From: a candidate division FCPU426 bacterium
GTDB lineage: Bacteria > Oederibacteriota > PGYV01 > Palsa-1178
Assembly: GCA_963840035.1 (NCBI GenBank)
Contig: CAWIXE010000002.1
Span: forward strand, 768,001-832,000
DNA: 64,000 nucleotides
Reading direction: 5' to 3'
Position 1 is the stretch's first letter. The number at the start of each line of letters is the position of its first letter. The notes beneath the pieces were generated by a model. The model worked only from the letters and a program-made list of their open reading frames with translations, was not told where the DNA came from and searched no databases. This document shows, piece by piece, positions 9,211 through 20,441 of the stretch. The position numbers and the translations under genes were made by a program.

Positions 9211-10488
9211 TTAGAAGTTTATGCCTGTTCCCAGCGAAATGGTCAGGTAAGTGTAATTATACAGCCCCAGCGCTTCCCACTCCATATTTGAGTTATAGCG
9301 AGAGTAGTTGATGTCAAAGTTCCAGTCCCAGTAGTCGGTGATCTTCTGGTTTAAGTTGGCTGAAAGCGTGTAATTATTATCAGCCTGTTTTGCCGCCGTG
9401 TAGTCGCCTATTTTATCTCTGACCCGCCTGCTGTCGTAATTTAAAAAATCCGCAATGAAAGACACTGTGATAACGGGCGGCTGGGAGTTTACAACCTGCC
9501 ACGGGAATACCTTCCATGGGAAAGGAGTGCTGACAGTGAACTTCAGGACATTCTCAAAATTGTCATAATACCCCGCGTTGAAGACATCGTCGGTCATGTC
9601 CATATTGGTACCGCGGGTGTCATAATAATTCTGGTTTGAAAAGGTCTTTGAAAAAGAATACTCAAAGGCAGACCATGACTTGTCAGCGCCGGTGTATGGC
9701 GTGGAAAAAGTAATCTTTGCCGTCTTATCCGCCCTTTTTAACGCCTCAAGCGCGCCGTAATCGCCGGAGATTAACCGCTGGTCAAAGTAAGCGGTATAGT
9801 CATAGCTGAACTTTAAGGCTATCTTCCAGCCGTCCTTTCCCGGGTTGTATACGCCGTCAGCGTAAGCGCTGTAAACGATATTGTCTTTTTCCTTTGTATA
9901 CGCGTTAGGGGTGCCGGTGCCTATACCGCCGGGCATTATGCCGGATATCAGGGTGTTATAGTTTCTGAACCTGCGGTCTATATATTTGAAACCTTCTGTA
10001 AATGAAATGGACGGTCCGTCAAAGGCGAATTTGTTGAAATTTTCGGCATATATCCCCGAATCTGTAAAATCATACAACCCGAGACCCATTAATTCGTTCG
10101 CGGCCTGTTTTGAAAAATCGGTTCTGAATGTACCGCGCGCTTTTACGACCCATTCTTTTGAAAATTCGTAGTTCAGTCCGTAGGAAACATAGGCGTCAAG
10201 CCATTCGGAAAAAAGGAACCTGTCATCGCCGACGTTTAAAGGCTGCGCTGTATTTGAGTAGTTAACCAGTACCGTGGGTATGAACCACAGCTGTGGAAGC
10301 GCGTCAAGGTTCACCATGCATGATGAGGCAAGGTTCGCGGAATACGAGAACTTTTTCTCGGGCGATTCCGTATTTGACACCAGGGACGGGTATGTCCCCT
10401 GCCCTGAAAGCGAAAAAGCCGGCACAAACTGAGCGTAAATAAACGCTGGTAAAAATAATATTAATGCTGCTGCGGGTATTCTTTTCAT
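9211..10488 (-). CDS. Putative outer-membrane beta-barrel protein
   Basis: Signal peptide, alternating aromatic beta-strands, C-terminal LTISLGTGINF. Confidence 0.7.
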   Translation of the reverse strand: MKRIPAAALILFLPAFIYAQFVPAFSLSGQGTYPSLVSNTESPEKKFSYSANLASSCMVNLDALPQLWFIPTVLVNYSNTAQPLNVGDDRFLFSEWLDAYVSYGLNYEFSKEWVVKARGTFRTDFSKQAANELMGLGLYDFTDSGIYAENFNKFAFDGPSISFTEGFKYIDRRFRNYNTLISGIMPGGIGTGTPNAYTKEKDNIVYSAYADGVYNPGKDGWKIALKFSYDYTAYFDQRLISGDYGALEALKRADKTAKITFSTPYTGADKSWSAFEYSFSKTFSNQNYYDTRGTNMDMTDDVFNAGYYDNFENVLKFTVSTPFPWKVFPWQVVNSQPPVITVSFIADFLNYDSRRVRDKIGDYTAAKQADNNYTLSANLNQKITDYWDWNFDINYSRYNSNMEWEALGLYNYTYLTISLGTGINF

Positions 10489-10504
10489 TTGTTCCTCCGT
10501 GGTT

Positions 10505-12253
10505 TTATGGTGCGTATCCGTAATCGTTTATGCCGTATATGCTGCCGTAGTTATACGGGTCAAGAAGCGTGTCGCCGTTTGTTATCAGCGTCTTTGAAAC
10601 AATGTCTATGTCCCCGTTTCTGAAGTCTGAGGAACTTATCTGCATCTCGAGGTTGCCGGTAAGTGCAAGGCTGTAGATATCAAATGAATTATTATCATTC
10701 ACAAGGCTCACACCGTTATCGTTAATCAGATAATAATTGATGTTCAGCGTGGAAGCGTCGTTATAACTTTTATTCATACTTTTTATGTAAGTACCGTCGC
10801 CGTAGGTGTAGCTTTGTTCGGTGTAGGGATGATCGGGATCGGCATGCGATGTCTTGTCATTTGCGGTCTTTATCATGTAATATCCATAAGACGGATATCC
10901 GTAGTCGGTATAATTAAATTCATATTCTTCCTTGATGCAGCCGTTTATGCTCAGGGTCTCATTTTGTTTTACGTTTACCATTGACGACGCCGACTGTGAA
11001 CCTGACCAGGAAGAACCATACATCATCATGTAGTCTGTATTTAAGGTCAGGTCGTCAACGGTGTTCGAAAAAGTAATATTCTTATTTACCAGAAAATTCT
11101 CTGGGAAGTCGGATATGCCGTAGAATACGCTGTCCCACATTGTATCTGTCCTGTGCAGAAATACGTCGGCCGCGAAGACGTTTTTAATCTTCAGGTAATC
11201 AAGCCTGTTATCCCTGAATGTGAGTGATATCTGGTCAATTTCCCGGTTTATTGACTGGGCCGTGCCCGGGCCGTTGGCGCTGTATCCTATTAACAGCTCT
11301 TCCTTTGGCGTAAAGACATATTCCTCTATCCTTACCCTGTTGCCGTGAACGTCAAGCATGGTCTTTCCAAGATGAAAGTCCGCCTGCATCTGTTCGTTAA
11401 TGAATTTCAGGTCGTCAAAAGCGTGCTGTTTGGCGCCATTTAACTCGTCCTTGAGTTGCTGTTTTATAAGCGCTTCGACTCCGCCTGAATTGCCTGCGTT
11501 GCCAATGTTTACCTCGGTCTGGGTTCCTCCGGATACTCCTTTTTCTTTGTTCTTCTGTTCGAGGTAATCTTTTAATTTACCTTCTTTTTTTAACTGTTTA
11601 ATCAGGTCGAGTTGGCCTTTTAAACCCGACATTAGTCCGCCATAACCCGAAAAGTTCTTAAAGCCTCCCGGCGCTCCGGGCTTGCCGTCGCTGCCTGTTG
11701 TTGATTCGTTTCCGCCGGGTACGTCTACGCTGTTCTGCCCGGTTAAATCCATGTACGCTACAAGGCCCTCAAATACGGCAAGCGAAGATGCGGTGTCATC
11801 CGCGGAAATACCAAGTTCAGTGCCCTTTACCGCGGCTATGGCCATCTTTGTATGAACTTCAAAGGTGTCCTTCGGGCTTTTTAGTTTATCCACGATGGCG
11901 AAGATTTTGCCCATGGTCAGGTTAAAGATGGTTTTTGCGGTATTATTTTCTCTTTTTAAATTTGAAATGAGCATGGTGGCGTTTTCATCGAGCCTGACGA
12001 TGGTGGCGTCGTCAAATGTAATCTCCAGGTAACTGCCTTTGCCTGTGGAATACTCATCGCCTTCGTAAACAGGCATGTTGATGGCCGCGCTTTTTTTCTT
12101 GGCAGCGCTCATGGCTTTTACGGAGCATTTTCCAGAATAATCAGTAATAACCGCTATCGAATCCAGGATGCTGCTGTCAGATGCCGCAAAAAGCGTGGAA
12201 ATTGAAGCAAGTACGACTGCAATTACGATAAGGCAAAATTTTAAATATTTCAT
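10505..12253 (-). CDS. FecR-domain exported protein with large uncharacterised C-terminus
   Basis: Signal peptide; EGD..STGKGSYLEITFDDATIVRLDENA..FEVHT..AIAAVKGT..VFEGLV FecR motif. Confidence 0.82.
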   Translation of the reverse strand: MKYLKFCLIVIAVVLASISTLFAASDSSILDSIAVITDYSGKCSVKAMSAAKKKSAAINMPVYEGDEYSTGKGSYLEITFDDATIVRLDENATMLISNLKRENNTAKTIFNLTMGKIFAIVDKLKSPKDTFEVHTKMAIAAVKGTELGISADDTASSLAVFEGLVAYMDLTGQNSVDVPGGNESTTGSDGKPGAPGGFKNFSGYGGLMSGLKGQLDLIKQLKKEGKLKDYLEQKNKEKGVSGGTQTEVNIGNAGNSGGVEALIKQQLKDELNGAKQHAFDDLKFINEQMQADFHLGKTMLDVHGNRVRIEEYVFTPKEELLIGYSANGPGTAQSINREIDQISLTFRDNRLDYLKIKNVFAADVFLHRTDTMWDSVFYGISDFPENFLVNKNITFSNTVDDLTLNTDYMMMYGSSWSGSQSASSMVNVKQNETLSINGCIKEEYEFNYTDYGYPSYGYYMIKTANDKTSHADPDHPYTEQSYTYGDGTYIKSMNKSYNDASTLNINYYLINDNGVSLVNDNNSFDIYSLALTGNLEMQISSSDFRNGDIDIVSKTLITNGDTLLDPYNYGSIYGINDYGYAP

Positions 12254-12346
12254 GCTGCACACTCCTTTAATAAAATATTTTACCGTCTTACTTCTTCAAA
12301 ATAATTCTCATTCTAATGAATAAATTGTTTATAAACCGATTTCCGT

Positions 12347-13438
12347 TTAATAAGACCTTGCAAGGCGGAAGCCATAAGTGTTTGAAGGGCCATTAGGCGT
12401 ATAGCCATATCGTGTTCCAATTTGAAGATAGTCGGATCCCGGAGTAAGCGCGCTGGCTCCTCTGAGTACGCGTGACCCTGTGGATGCGGGAGGCCTGTAA
12501 TTTGTGAAATCTCCTGGATAAGTTCCGGTATTATCCCAGCAATATTCCCATACATTACCGGTCATGTCATATATGCTAAGCGCATTCGGGGTTTTACCAC
12601 CCACATCATGAATCATTGAGCCGGAATTGGCAATATTCCATGAAACCAGGTCGTTTTCTGCGGCATTTGAGGTATCAAAAGACGCGCCGCTTGCATAATT
12701 ATATGGCGTCCAATTTGTGCCGTCAATATAGCTTGCGGCATACATCCATTCGCCTTCCGTCGGCAGCCTGTAGCCGTTATTGCCCCACTGGCAGGTTACA
12801 TTTTGCAGTGTTGTCAAATTGGTGCTCCTCGAATCCTTTATTATAACGCCTAAATATTCAAAGCAGGGCGAAAGCCCGGATTTTTCACTGTATGCGTTGC
12901 ACCAGACTATCATATCATACCAGCATATTGTCGTGACGGGTTCATTCACGGAAACAGAAGGGGACGCTCCTATTATCCCGTTTTTGCCTTCCCTTCCCGG
13001 GTTTGCGAAGTAATATTCGTGATCAACCGCCCATTGATAGATTTCATACCAGAGATTATAAGTTACCTCGTACCTTCCGATATTGAAGGGCGATAAGGTA
13101 TGAAAAAAGCCGCTGGACCCGTCTGTCTGATAAAATGTGCCTCCGGGAACCTGCCGCATATATCCCAACGCGATAGTAATTGTCACCGTTGCAGTATGCG
13201 TCGGGCTGGGCGTATGCGTCGGCGTTACTGTGACTGATATGGTCAGAGTTTGTGTGAAAGTTGTTGTTGCAGAAAAAACTGTCTGCGTAATTGTAGTGGT
13301 GCATGAACCGGTAGCGGTCATGGTTGACGTATAATAAGGTTTCGGGCCTGTCGGGGTCCTTACATTTTTACATCCGTTTGACATGAATACGGCTGACAAT
13401 AATAAGGCAAGGCACATGACTGCGGTGATGTTTTTCAT
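12347..13438 (-). CDS. FGE-sulfatase (SUMF1/C-type lectin fold) lipoprotein with Thr/Pro linker
   Basis: Lipobox-like MSNGC; YEVT, GYRLPTEGEWMYAA, PNALSIYDMTGNVWEYCWD, RVLRG, GFRLAR; ATG at 13438 overlaps ompA-like stop. Confidence 0.88.
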   Translation of the reverse strand: MKNITAVMCLALLLSAVFMSNGCKNVRTPTGPKPYYTSTMTATGSCTTTITQTVFSATTTFTQTLTISVTVTPTHTPSPTHTATVTITIALGYMRQVPGGTFYQTDGSSGFFHTLSPFNIGRYEVTYNLWYEIYQWAVDHEYYFANPGREGKNGIIGASPSVSVNEPVTTICWYDMIVWCNAYSEKSGLSPCFEYLGVIIKDSRSTNLTTLQNVTCQWGNNGYRLPTEGEWMYAASYIDGTNWTPYNYASGASFDTSNAAENDLVSWNIANSGSMIHDVGGKTPNALSIYDMTGNVWEYCWDNTGTYPGDFTNYRPPASTGSRVLRGASALTPGSDYLQIGTRYGYTPNGPSNTYGFRLARSY

Positions 13439-14250
13439 TTGAAAGACCCTCCGGCGCAGAATATTAACGTGCTGCCCGATGTGTTCAATCCAAACTTGAC
13501 ATCGGAGGGAAAGATGTTCTTGAACCAGATGTAATCCGCGATGGTATAAGCTATGGCTGCTCCGGCAAGGCATGCGCCTGCCATTACCACGGCCTGTTTG
13601 TCATCGACTGATTTCTTCATTGATATAAGCCTGTCGTAGTTGGTTCCGAAGGGATTATCGAGCGCCGGAAACTGCCTTTCATAATCATCAGCGGCTTTGC
13701 GCTGGTCATATAGCATATAAGCGGTAAACCCGGATAATCCGATGTCAAGAAGCGCAATCCCGGTGCTTTTCCAGTAATCGAAACCGGGCGCGTCATTTTT
13801 TTGCGCTTCAGCCAATATTACTTTTTTTTCCTCGTTTTTTCCGGTTATCAGCAGTTCTATGCGCCTGTTCGAACTCCGCCCCTGTTCAGTTGAATTATCG
13901 CCTATAAAATTAGAGGCTCCGAGGCCCCGTGCGGTGAAATACTCGCCGCTTAAGCCCCTGTCTTTATATTTATCAAGGATAAACATCATTATTGACATGG
14001 CTCTGGCCTGGGAGAGTATTATATTGTGTTCCGGAGTGCCGGTATTATCAGTATAACCGTCAATGCGTATCGACGGTATTTCCCTCTTTTCAAGGAAATC
14101 ACCGATAACATCAGTCAGCCTGTTAAGCTCACTGAAATATTCAGCGGGTATGACTGAACTGTCGATTGCGAAAGTCAGAGCCCGTGAAAATATCGGCATT
14201 AAGAATAATGCAAAGATAAACAAACATATACGTGTCTGCCTTGAATACAT
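13435..14250 (-). CDS. OmpA-family peptidoglycan-binding protein
   Basis: IRIDGYTDNTG..N..LSQARA..GRSSNRRIE; OmpA domain N-terminal, hydrophobic C-terminal segments. Confidence 0.85.
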   Translation of the reverse strand: MYSRQTRICLFIFALFLMPIFSRALTFAIDSSVIPAEYFSELNRLTDVIGDFLEKREIPSIRIDGYTDNTGTPEHNIILSQARAMSIMMFILDKYKDRGLSGEYFTARGLGASNFIGDNSTEQGRSSNRRIELLITGKNEEKKVILAEAQKNDAPGFDYWKSTGIALLDIGLSGFTAYMLYDQRKAADDYERQFPALDNPFGTNYDRLISMKKSVDDKQAVVMAGACLAGAAIAYTIADYIWFKNIFPSDVKFGLNTSGSTLIFCAGGSFK

Positions 14251-14292
14251 TAATATCCCCTTATATTATTACAATGTTTTGGCGTTAGTGTG

Positions 14293-16908
14293 TTATTCGT
14301 TTTTTCCGCAGCACTTCTTGTATTTTTTTCCCGACCCGCATGGGCATGCGTCGTTTCTGCCTACTTTGGGCTTATCACGGCGTATTGTTTCCACCTTTGC
14401 CTCGCCTTCAGGCGAGTTGGCGTACATTTCCCTTTCGTCCATGGGCGGCGGCCCGTTCTGCGCCGCCGGCAGCCTGAACTCAGGCCTTGATTCCTTCATC
14501 TCTGAGGCAAACTGCCTTCTTGTGAGCTGGGATTCATTAACTACCTGAACCCTGAAGAGGAACTCTATTACCTCGGTTTCAGTGGAAACTATCATATCCT
14601 GGAAAAGCTTGAAGGCTTCTTTTTTGTATTCAAGCAGCGGGTCTTTCTGCGCGTAAGCGCGCAGCCCGATGCCTTCCTTTAAGTGGTCCATGGCGTAGAG
14701 GTGCTCGCGCCATTTGGTGTCAACAACCTGAAGCACTATGTTCCTCTCGATGTCGCGCATGAGTTCAGAACCGAGCAGGTTTTCTTTCCTGTCATATTCT
14801 TCCTTTAGTTTATCAAAAATATCGCTTTCCAGAAGTTCGGGCGTAAGCTGGCTTATATCCTGTTTTGTTTTATCTATGGCATACTCGACGCCATATACGC
14901 TTTTGATTTTTTCGCGCATCATATCAAAGTCCCATTCCTCGGGGTATGTCTTTTCCGGGGCCACTTCATATACGATATCCTTTACAACTTCGGAAAGCAT
15001 TTCCATGACAGAGTCCTTAAGGTTCCTGCCTTCGAGTACGGCAACGCGGCGGCCGTATACTACCGAGCGCTGGTTGTTCAAAACGTCGTCAAAATCGAGC
15101 AGGTGTTTTCTTATTGAAAAATTATGGCCTTCCACGGTTTTCTGCGCGCGTTCTATTGATTTTGATATCCATGGATGCTCGACCCTGTCTTCGTCAGTCA
15201 TTCCCATGGTTTCCATAACGCCTTTAATCTTGTCTGAGCCGAAAATCCTCATTAAGTCGTCCTCGAGCGAAACAAAAAATCTTGATTCGCCCTCGTCTCC
15301 CTGTCTTCCTGAACGGCCGCGGAGCTGGTTGTCGATTCGCCGTGATTCATGGCGCTCGGTGCCTATGACATAAAGCCCGCCTAATGCCTTGACGCCTTCG
15401 CCTAAAACTATGTCGGTGCCTCGGCCTGCCATATTGGTGGCTACTGTGACCGCGTCTTTCTGCCCGGCTTTTGAGACAATCTCAGCCTCGCGTTCATGGT
15501 TCTTGGCATTCAGGAGTTCGTGTTTAATACCTCTTTTATTGAGCATTTCGCTTAACATTTCATTTTTTGAAATAGAAGTGGTTCCTACAAGCACGGGCTG
15601 CCCGAGCTTGTGTCTTTCCACTATTTCGCCCGCTATGGCCCGGTACTTGCCTTTTTCATTTTTATAAATGGCATCAGCACCGTCTATCCTTATCATGGGG
15701 TTGTTTGTCGGCACTGTAATGACGTCAAGCTTGTATATCTGCCAGAACTCCTCGGCCTCGGTCTGGGCCGTACCTGTCATACCGGCAATTTTTTCATATA
15801 TCCTGAAATAGTTCTGAAGCGTTATGGTGGCAAGCGTCTGGTTCTCACGCTCGATTTTCACCCTTTCTTTTGCTTCCACTGCCTGGTGAAGCCCGTCAGA
15901 CCACCTGCGTCCCGGCATTAAACGGCCGGTGAATTCGTCAACTATTGTGACCTTGCCGTCCTTTACGATATAATCCTTATCCCTTTTGAAAAGCGTGTGA
16001 GCCTTTAGTCCCTGGTTAACATGGTGGATAATCTCAATGTTCTGCGGGTCATACAGGTTTGGCTTATTCAGCAACGCCTCACACTTTGCCACGCCTGCCT
16101 CGGTTAAGAATGCGGAATGCGCTTTTTCATCTATTTGATAGTCAGTTTCCTTGAATAATTTCGGTATAATCCTGTCTATGGTGTAATAAAGCTCCGTGGA
16201 TTCTTCCGCCGGACCGGAAATAATGAGCGGGGTCCTTGCCTCGTCGATTAGGATGGAGTCAACTTCGTCAATGATGGCGTAATGAAGCGAGCGCTGCACC
16301 CTTTCCTGGGGGTAAACAGCCATATTATCGCGCAGGTAGTCAAAACCATATTCGTTATTTGTCCCGTAGGTCACGTCCGCGGCGTATGCGGCCTGCCGTT
16401 CTTCAGTGGAAGAGCCGTTCTTTATGCATCCGACGGTAAGGCCGAGGAAGTTATGAATGGTTCCCATGCCCTTAAAGTTGCCTTTTCCGAGCGAGTCGCG
16501 CTCAGCCAGGTAGTCATTAACCGTAATAACATGCACGCCTTTTCCTGTAAGCGCGTTTAAGTACGTGGGCAGTGTGGCAACAAGGGTTTTTCCTTCGCCG
16601 GTGCGCATCTCTGATATTTTACCCTGGTGAAGCACTATGCCGCCCATGAGCTGAACATCAAAGTGGCGCATTCCCATTACCCTTTTTGAGGCCTCGCGCA
16701 CAACCGCGAAAGCAGCCGGAAGTATGTCATCTAAGGTCTCGCCATTGGCGAGCCGCCCTTTAAACTCGGTTGTTTTTGCCTTTAATTCCTCATCAGAGAG
16801 TTTCTGGATCTCCTCTTCCATGGAATTAATTAGATCGACAAGAGGCTGTAGTTTCTTTATCTCCCGTTCATTCCTGGTCCCGAATATTTTTTTTATAAAC
16901 CCGAACAT
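14293..16908 (-). CDS. secA: Preprotein translocase SecA
   Basis: [61 protein letters not shown]. Confidence 0.99.
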   Translation of the reverse strand: MFGFIKKIFGTRNEREIKKLQPLVDLINSMEEEIQKLSDEELKAKTTEFKGRLANGETLDDILPAAFAVVREASKRVMGMRHFDVQLMGGIVLHQGKISEMRTGEGKTLVATLPTYLNALTGKGVHVITVNDYLAERDSLGKGNFKGMGTIHNFLGLTVGCIKNGSSTEERQAAYAADVTYGTNNEYGFDYLRDNMAVYPQERVQRSLHYAIIDEVDSILIDEARTPLIISGPAEESTELYYTIDRIIPKLFKETDYQIDEKAHSAFLTEAGVAKCEALLNKPNLYDPQNIEIIHHVNQGLKAHTLFKRDKDYIVKDGKVTIVDEFTGRLMPGRRWSDGLHQAVEAKERVKIERENQTLATITLQNYFRIYEKIAGMTGTAQTEAEEFWQIYKLDVITVPTNNPMIRIDGADAIYKNEKGKYRAIAGEIVERHKLGQPVLVGTTSISKNEMLSEMLNKRGIKHELLNAKNHEREAEIVSKAGQKDAVTVATNMAGRGTDIVLGEGVKALGGLYVIGTERHESRRIDNQLRGRSGRQGDEGESRFFVSLEDDLMRIFGSDKIKGVMETMGMTDEDRVEHPWISKSIERAQKTVEGHNFSIRKHLLDFDDVLNNQRSVVYGRRVAVLEGRNLKDSVMEMLSEVVKDIVYEVAPEKTYPEEWDFDMMREKIKSVYGVEYAIDKTKQDISQLTPELLESDIFDKLKEEYDRKENLLGSELMRDIERNIVLQVVDTKWREHLYAMDHLKEGIGLRAYAQKDPLLEYKKEAFKLFQDMIVSTETEVIEFLFRVQVVNESQLTRRQFASEMKESRPEFRLPAAQNGPPPMDEREMYANSPEGEAKVETIRRDKPKVGRNDACPCGSGKKYKKCCGKNE

Positions 16909-17004
16909 AGTTGCTCCTTTACAGCTGATTAATCAGCATGCGGTTAAGTTTGAAAACAAGTAAAATATTAGATATTAAACGCTTTTACGCGCCCGTTAGT
17001 TTTT

Positions 17005-17847
17005 TTACTTGATCTCGAAATCGTAATCTTTCTTGCGCCTTGACGAATCTCCGCCTCTCCTGGCTATGAGGATTATGATAAGTATGAGAAGCAGCAATCC
17101 CACCCCGATGATTATGTAAAGAAGGTAAGGGCTCTCCGGCTCGACGGAAATGTCGAGCGGGAAATCTTTTTCCATGGCTGAATACTTCATCTTTAATGTC
17201 AGCGGAAGCCTGGCGTCGCCGTCATAACTGCCGAGAATCAGTATCTCGAAAGTAAGTTCTCTTTTATCGCCTGCCAATACGGTCTGCAGGTCTTTGTCCT
17301 TATCTTTATCGGAAATAATAATGCTTGTATGGCCGCTTAAGAGGCTTGCGGATGTGTAAAAAGATGGCTGCTCGCCGGTATTCTGCAGGGTAAATATCAT
17401 CCTGAATTTCCTGTCCCTGTCTAAAACCCCGAAATAATTCCCAAAGTTCCTTTTCTTCGCTATTTCCTCTGCTGAAGCGGCTACTATACTGAACTCAGCC
17501 TGCCTTCCGGCGGGTGTGGGTGCTGCTGTCGGATAAGGAGTAGGTACAGGCGTGGGCTGTTTTTTTACGATTTTTTTAGGCGTGGGTTTCGCTGTAGCTT
17601 TCGGGGCCGGTTTCTCAGTCGGTTTGGGTGTGGGCGCAACAGTGGGTTCGTCGGTCGGAACTTCTGTCGGGACAGCGGTAGGCTTATCCACCTTGTCTAC
17701 TGTGCCAGAATCAAGCAGGCTCCCGGTGTCATGTTTATTGACCTGGTCTGTTTCCAGAAAGTCGCTGTCGCTTTCATCCTCTGCCATGCTGAAAGCCGGA
17801 AATAGTATAAAAACCGCGATAATAAATGATAATAAAATTTTTTTCAT
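17005..17847 (-). CDS. Exported membrane-anchored hypothetical protein with Pro/Thr linker
   Basis: Signal peptide, PT-rich tract, beta-rich domain, C-terminal TM. Confidence 0.75.
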   Translation of the reverse strand: MKKILLSFIIAVFILFPAFSMAEDESDSDFLETDQVNKHDTGSLLDSGTVDKVDKPTAVPTEVPTDEPTVAPTPKPTEKPAPKATAKPTPKKIVKKQPTPVPTPYPTAAPTPAGRQAEFSIVAASAEEIAKKRNFGNYFGVLDRDRKFRMIFTLQNTGEQPSFYTSASLLSGHTSIIISDKDKDKDLQTVLAGDKRELTFEILILGSYDGDARLPLTLKMKYSAMEKDFPLDISVEPESPYLLYIIIGVGLLLLILIIILIARRGGDSSRRKKDYDFEIK

Positions 17848-17955
17848 TTCAATCCTCCGTAAATTGGTTTTTTACCCTTTATATATTATCATATTTTGAC
17901 ACTTTTTCAACAGATATAAACCAATATTGAGGGTTAAATTGCCGCTTGTAAGGAG

Positions 17956-18153
17956 TTATTTTTTGCCTGTTTTTTTAGTTTTTTTTGTCTTTGTATTCTT
18001 CGGGGCAGATATTTTTTCTTCCCCGTCCTTTAAGCCTTTTTCAAATTCGCCTTTTGCCTTTCCAAGCGAGCGCGCGATCTTCGGTATGGCTGCCGCACCG
18101 AATAAAAGCAGTACTATGAGACCTATTACGATTATTTCCTGAAGTCCTATCAT
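17956..18153 (-). CDS. tatA: Twin-arginine translocase TatA/E
   Basis: IGLQEIIVI..LLLFGAAAIPKIARSLGKAKGEFEKG. Confidence 0.9.
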   Translation of the reverse strand: MIGLQEIIVIGLIVLLLFGAAAIPKIARSLGKAKGEFEKGLKDGEEKISAPKNTKTKKTKKTGKK

Positions 18154-18169
18154 GTTTCCCTCCTGTTTT

Positions 18170-18913
18170 TTAAGTGCCTGTGGCAAGCCGCTCGATGAGC
18201 TCGCGCGGCATGCCCAGTTTTATCATTTTCTCCTGAGTGGCTTTATAGTTATAGCTAATTCTTTTGAATGTCAGTGTGCATGATTTTGTATCATAAAAAA
18301 CAACGCATGCCGATGGCTTGTAATCCCTTGGCTGTCCGACAGATCCGACATTTATTATGTACTTTTTGTCCTGGGCTAAGTTGATTATTTCCAGGTCCTC
18401 ATCAAGGTTCATGCAAAGGCCGTGCGCTTTTGACATGTCGTAAATGTAAATAAGGGGGTGGTGGGTGTGCCCTACAAAACACACTTTTTCTGGGAAATAA
18501 CTCATGTTTTCCCTGAATTTTTCCACGAGAAAAAGGTATTCATTCAGGCAGTCCCTGGGCGAGCCGTGGACAAAACGTACGTCGTTTTCAGATATGAATT
18601 CATCAAGCATAAGCAGGTAGTTTTTATCCTCTTCAGTCATCATTTTCAGGTTGGCGGCAAGAGATGCTTTTGCGGGTTCGTTAAAATCAAAGTCAGATAT
18701 CCTGCCTGACGCCGCCGCATCGTGGTTGCCCGCCACTGAGCGGAAATTTGTAAGGCTTTTGACAGCGTCAATGCAAAGGCGCGGGTCAGGCCCGTAGCCT
18801 ATTATATCGCCGCATGATATGATTTTGTCCACGGGGTTTGTTTTTAAATAGTCAAGGACAGCGGTGAGGGCTTCATAATTTGAATGAATATCTGAAATAA
18901 CGCAATATCTCAT
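18170..18913 (-). CDS. Metallophosphoesterase (calcineurin-like, YfcE/MJ0936 type)
   Basis: SDIHSN, GDIIGYG, GNHD, HGSP, GHTH, NVGSVGQPRD. Confidence 0.92.
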   Translation of the reverse strand: MRYCVISDIHSNYEALTAVLDYLKTNPVDKIISCGDIIGYGPDPRLCIDAVKSLTNFRSVAGNHDAAASGRISDFDFNEPAKASLAANLKMMTEEDKNYLLMLDEFISENDVRFVHGSPRDCLNEYLFLVEKFRENMSYFPEKVCFVGHTHHPLIYIYDMSKAHGLCMNLDEDLEIINLAQDKKYIINVGSVGQPRDYKPSACVVFYDTKSCTLTFKRISYNYKATQEKMIKLGMPRELIERLATGT

Positions 18914-18930
18914 CTTCCCTCCATCCGGGT

Positions 18931-19863
18931 TTACTTAGTTCCTGATTGTTTGTTGCCTGACATTTCATTTATGTTTTTTATCTTCTTTTTTGTTTTGGAA
19001 ATGTTATCGAGGATCTTTTCATCGCCCGGTGTCAGTATCAGGACCTTTTCCCAGAGGGCGATGGCTTCGTCATATTTCCATCCTGTATATTTTTCCACGG
19101 CCGCGATATTGAGCCTGTCAGCCTCATTTTTTATCCTGATATCCATGGACTCAAGTGTCGAAGCCGCCATTGTATTGCCCGGGTCGAGTTCGCCTATTTT
19201 TCTTAAGGCGTATACTGATTCTGTTATCAGCCCTTTTTTTTCATTGGAAACGGAATCGGCAAAGAGCGCGTCTATGGCTGCCGAATAGGCTTCTTCAGCT
19301 GCTTTTAAAAGTGCTGCCGCGTCACCGTTTCCCGGATTAAGTTTGAGCGCCTGTTTATACGCGTCGCAGGAAGCGCGGTAACTGCCATTTTTTGAGAGTT
19401 TAAGCCCTTTACTTAAAAGTTCCTTGAATTTTTTTTCGTTTTTTGCCAGTTCATTCCGGCACTTATTCATGGAGGTTTTAAGGGTTTTAGGCTTGTTTTT
19501 ATCTGTAAAGAGCATATCAGCGGATGTTAATTCATCAAGAGCTGATCTATAATTGCCGTTTTTCATAAGCGCGGCAGCTTTGTCGAAATGTCCCTGCGCT
19601 TCTTTAATGGAAGTATCCTCAGGAGTTTCCGCGACAGCCTGTGCCGCAGCGGTTTTTGTGGATGTTTTTTCTTCCGGAAGCGCCGGCTCGTTGCCGGTTA
19701 AGTCTTCCTTTACGTCAGGCATTTCCGGCTCGTCTTTAATGACCGGAAGCGCAGCGGGTTCCTCTGCAGAAATATCAACTATGTCAGCCGGATCCGATGA
19801 TATGACAGCTGACGGCATAGCGGCCAGGAGCAGTATCATGGCCGGTAATAAATACCGGTGCAT
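18931..19863 (-). CDS. Exported TPR protein
   Basis: Signal peptide; TPR motifs (YKQALKLNPGN, WEKVLILTPGD). Confidence 0.8.
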   Translation of the reverse strand: MHRYLLPAMILLLAAMPSAVISSDPADIVDISAEEPAALPVIKDEPEMPDVKEDLTGNEPALPEEKTSTKTAAAQAVAETPEDTSIKEAQGHFDKAAALMKNGNYRSALDELTSADMLFTDKNKPKTLKTSMNKCRNELAKNEKKFKELLSKGLKLSKNGSYRASCDAYKQALKLNPGNGDAAALLKAAEEAYSAAIDALFADSVSNEKKGLITESVYALRKIGELDPGNTMAASTLESMDIRIKNEADRLNIAAVEKYTGWKYDEAIALWEKVLILTPGDEKILDNISKTKKKIKNINEMSGNKQSGTK

Positions 19864-19864
19864 G

Positions 19865-20401
19865 TTAATACCTTTCTTCCTTTGTCATTATTCCGGTTTC
19901 ATCAAACTGGCGTATCTGAAGAAGTTTGCCTTTTTTATATACCGCGTCGGTTTTTACGCGGCCGGTGCCGTAGTATTCCCTGACGACCCCGTCTAAAATG
20001 CCGTTTACGTATGTTTCCTCGGCTTCCACCATGCCTGTCTCAAAATACATCCGGAAAAGTCCGGCGCGTTTGCCTTTCTTGAAGGCGCCTTCAATCTTCA
20101 AACTTCCGGTTTCGTGAAATTGTTTCCAGTAGCCGTCTAGCTCGTTCTGCCTGAAGGCCCCTTCCTCGTCTATTTTTCCCTGTTCGGATAAAAGCAGGTA
20201 CCTGCCGTTAAGTTCATTATTTTTATATGTCATTTCAGATGACAGCATGCCCGAAGGATGATACATGCGCACTATGCCTGATATCTTTTTTCCTTCTTTT
20301 TTAATAGTGCCGTTATCGTCATATATCCAGCGGGCTATTTCCTTCCTGTCTTTGTAAAAAAACTGTATGTTTGCTGTCATTGAAGCGGTCAGTTCGTCCA
20401 T
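19865..20401 (-). CDS. MORN-variant repeat protein (YwqK-like)
   Basis: Repeated G.(Y/F)..Y..G...EG.F..G.L.G units. Confidence 0.82.
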   Translation of the reverse strand: MDELTASMTANIQFFYKDRKEIARWIYDDNGTIKKEGKKISGIVRMYHPSGMLSSEMTYKNNELNGRYLLLSEQGKIDEEGAFRQNELDGYWKQFHETGSLKIEGAFKKGKRAGLFRMYFETGMVEAEETYVNGILDGVVREYYGTGRVKTDAVYKKGKLLQIRQFDETGIMTKEERY

Positions 20402-20441
20402 AAGTACCCCTTTTTAACTGTAATATGCTATTTTAACACAA

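Noticed and set aside
12347..12480. DGR variable region in the FGE/C-type-lectin-fold protein
   Set aside because: Fold is a known DGR target, but no template repeat or reverse transcriptase seen in the window; a remote DGR cannot be excluded
19865..20401. Toxin-antitoxin system (YwqK antitoxin)
   Set aside because: Only generic MORN-variant repeats; no adjacent toxin gene
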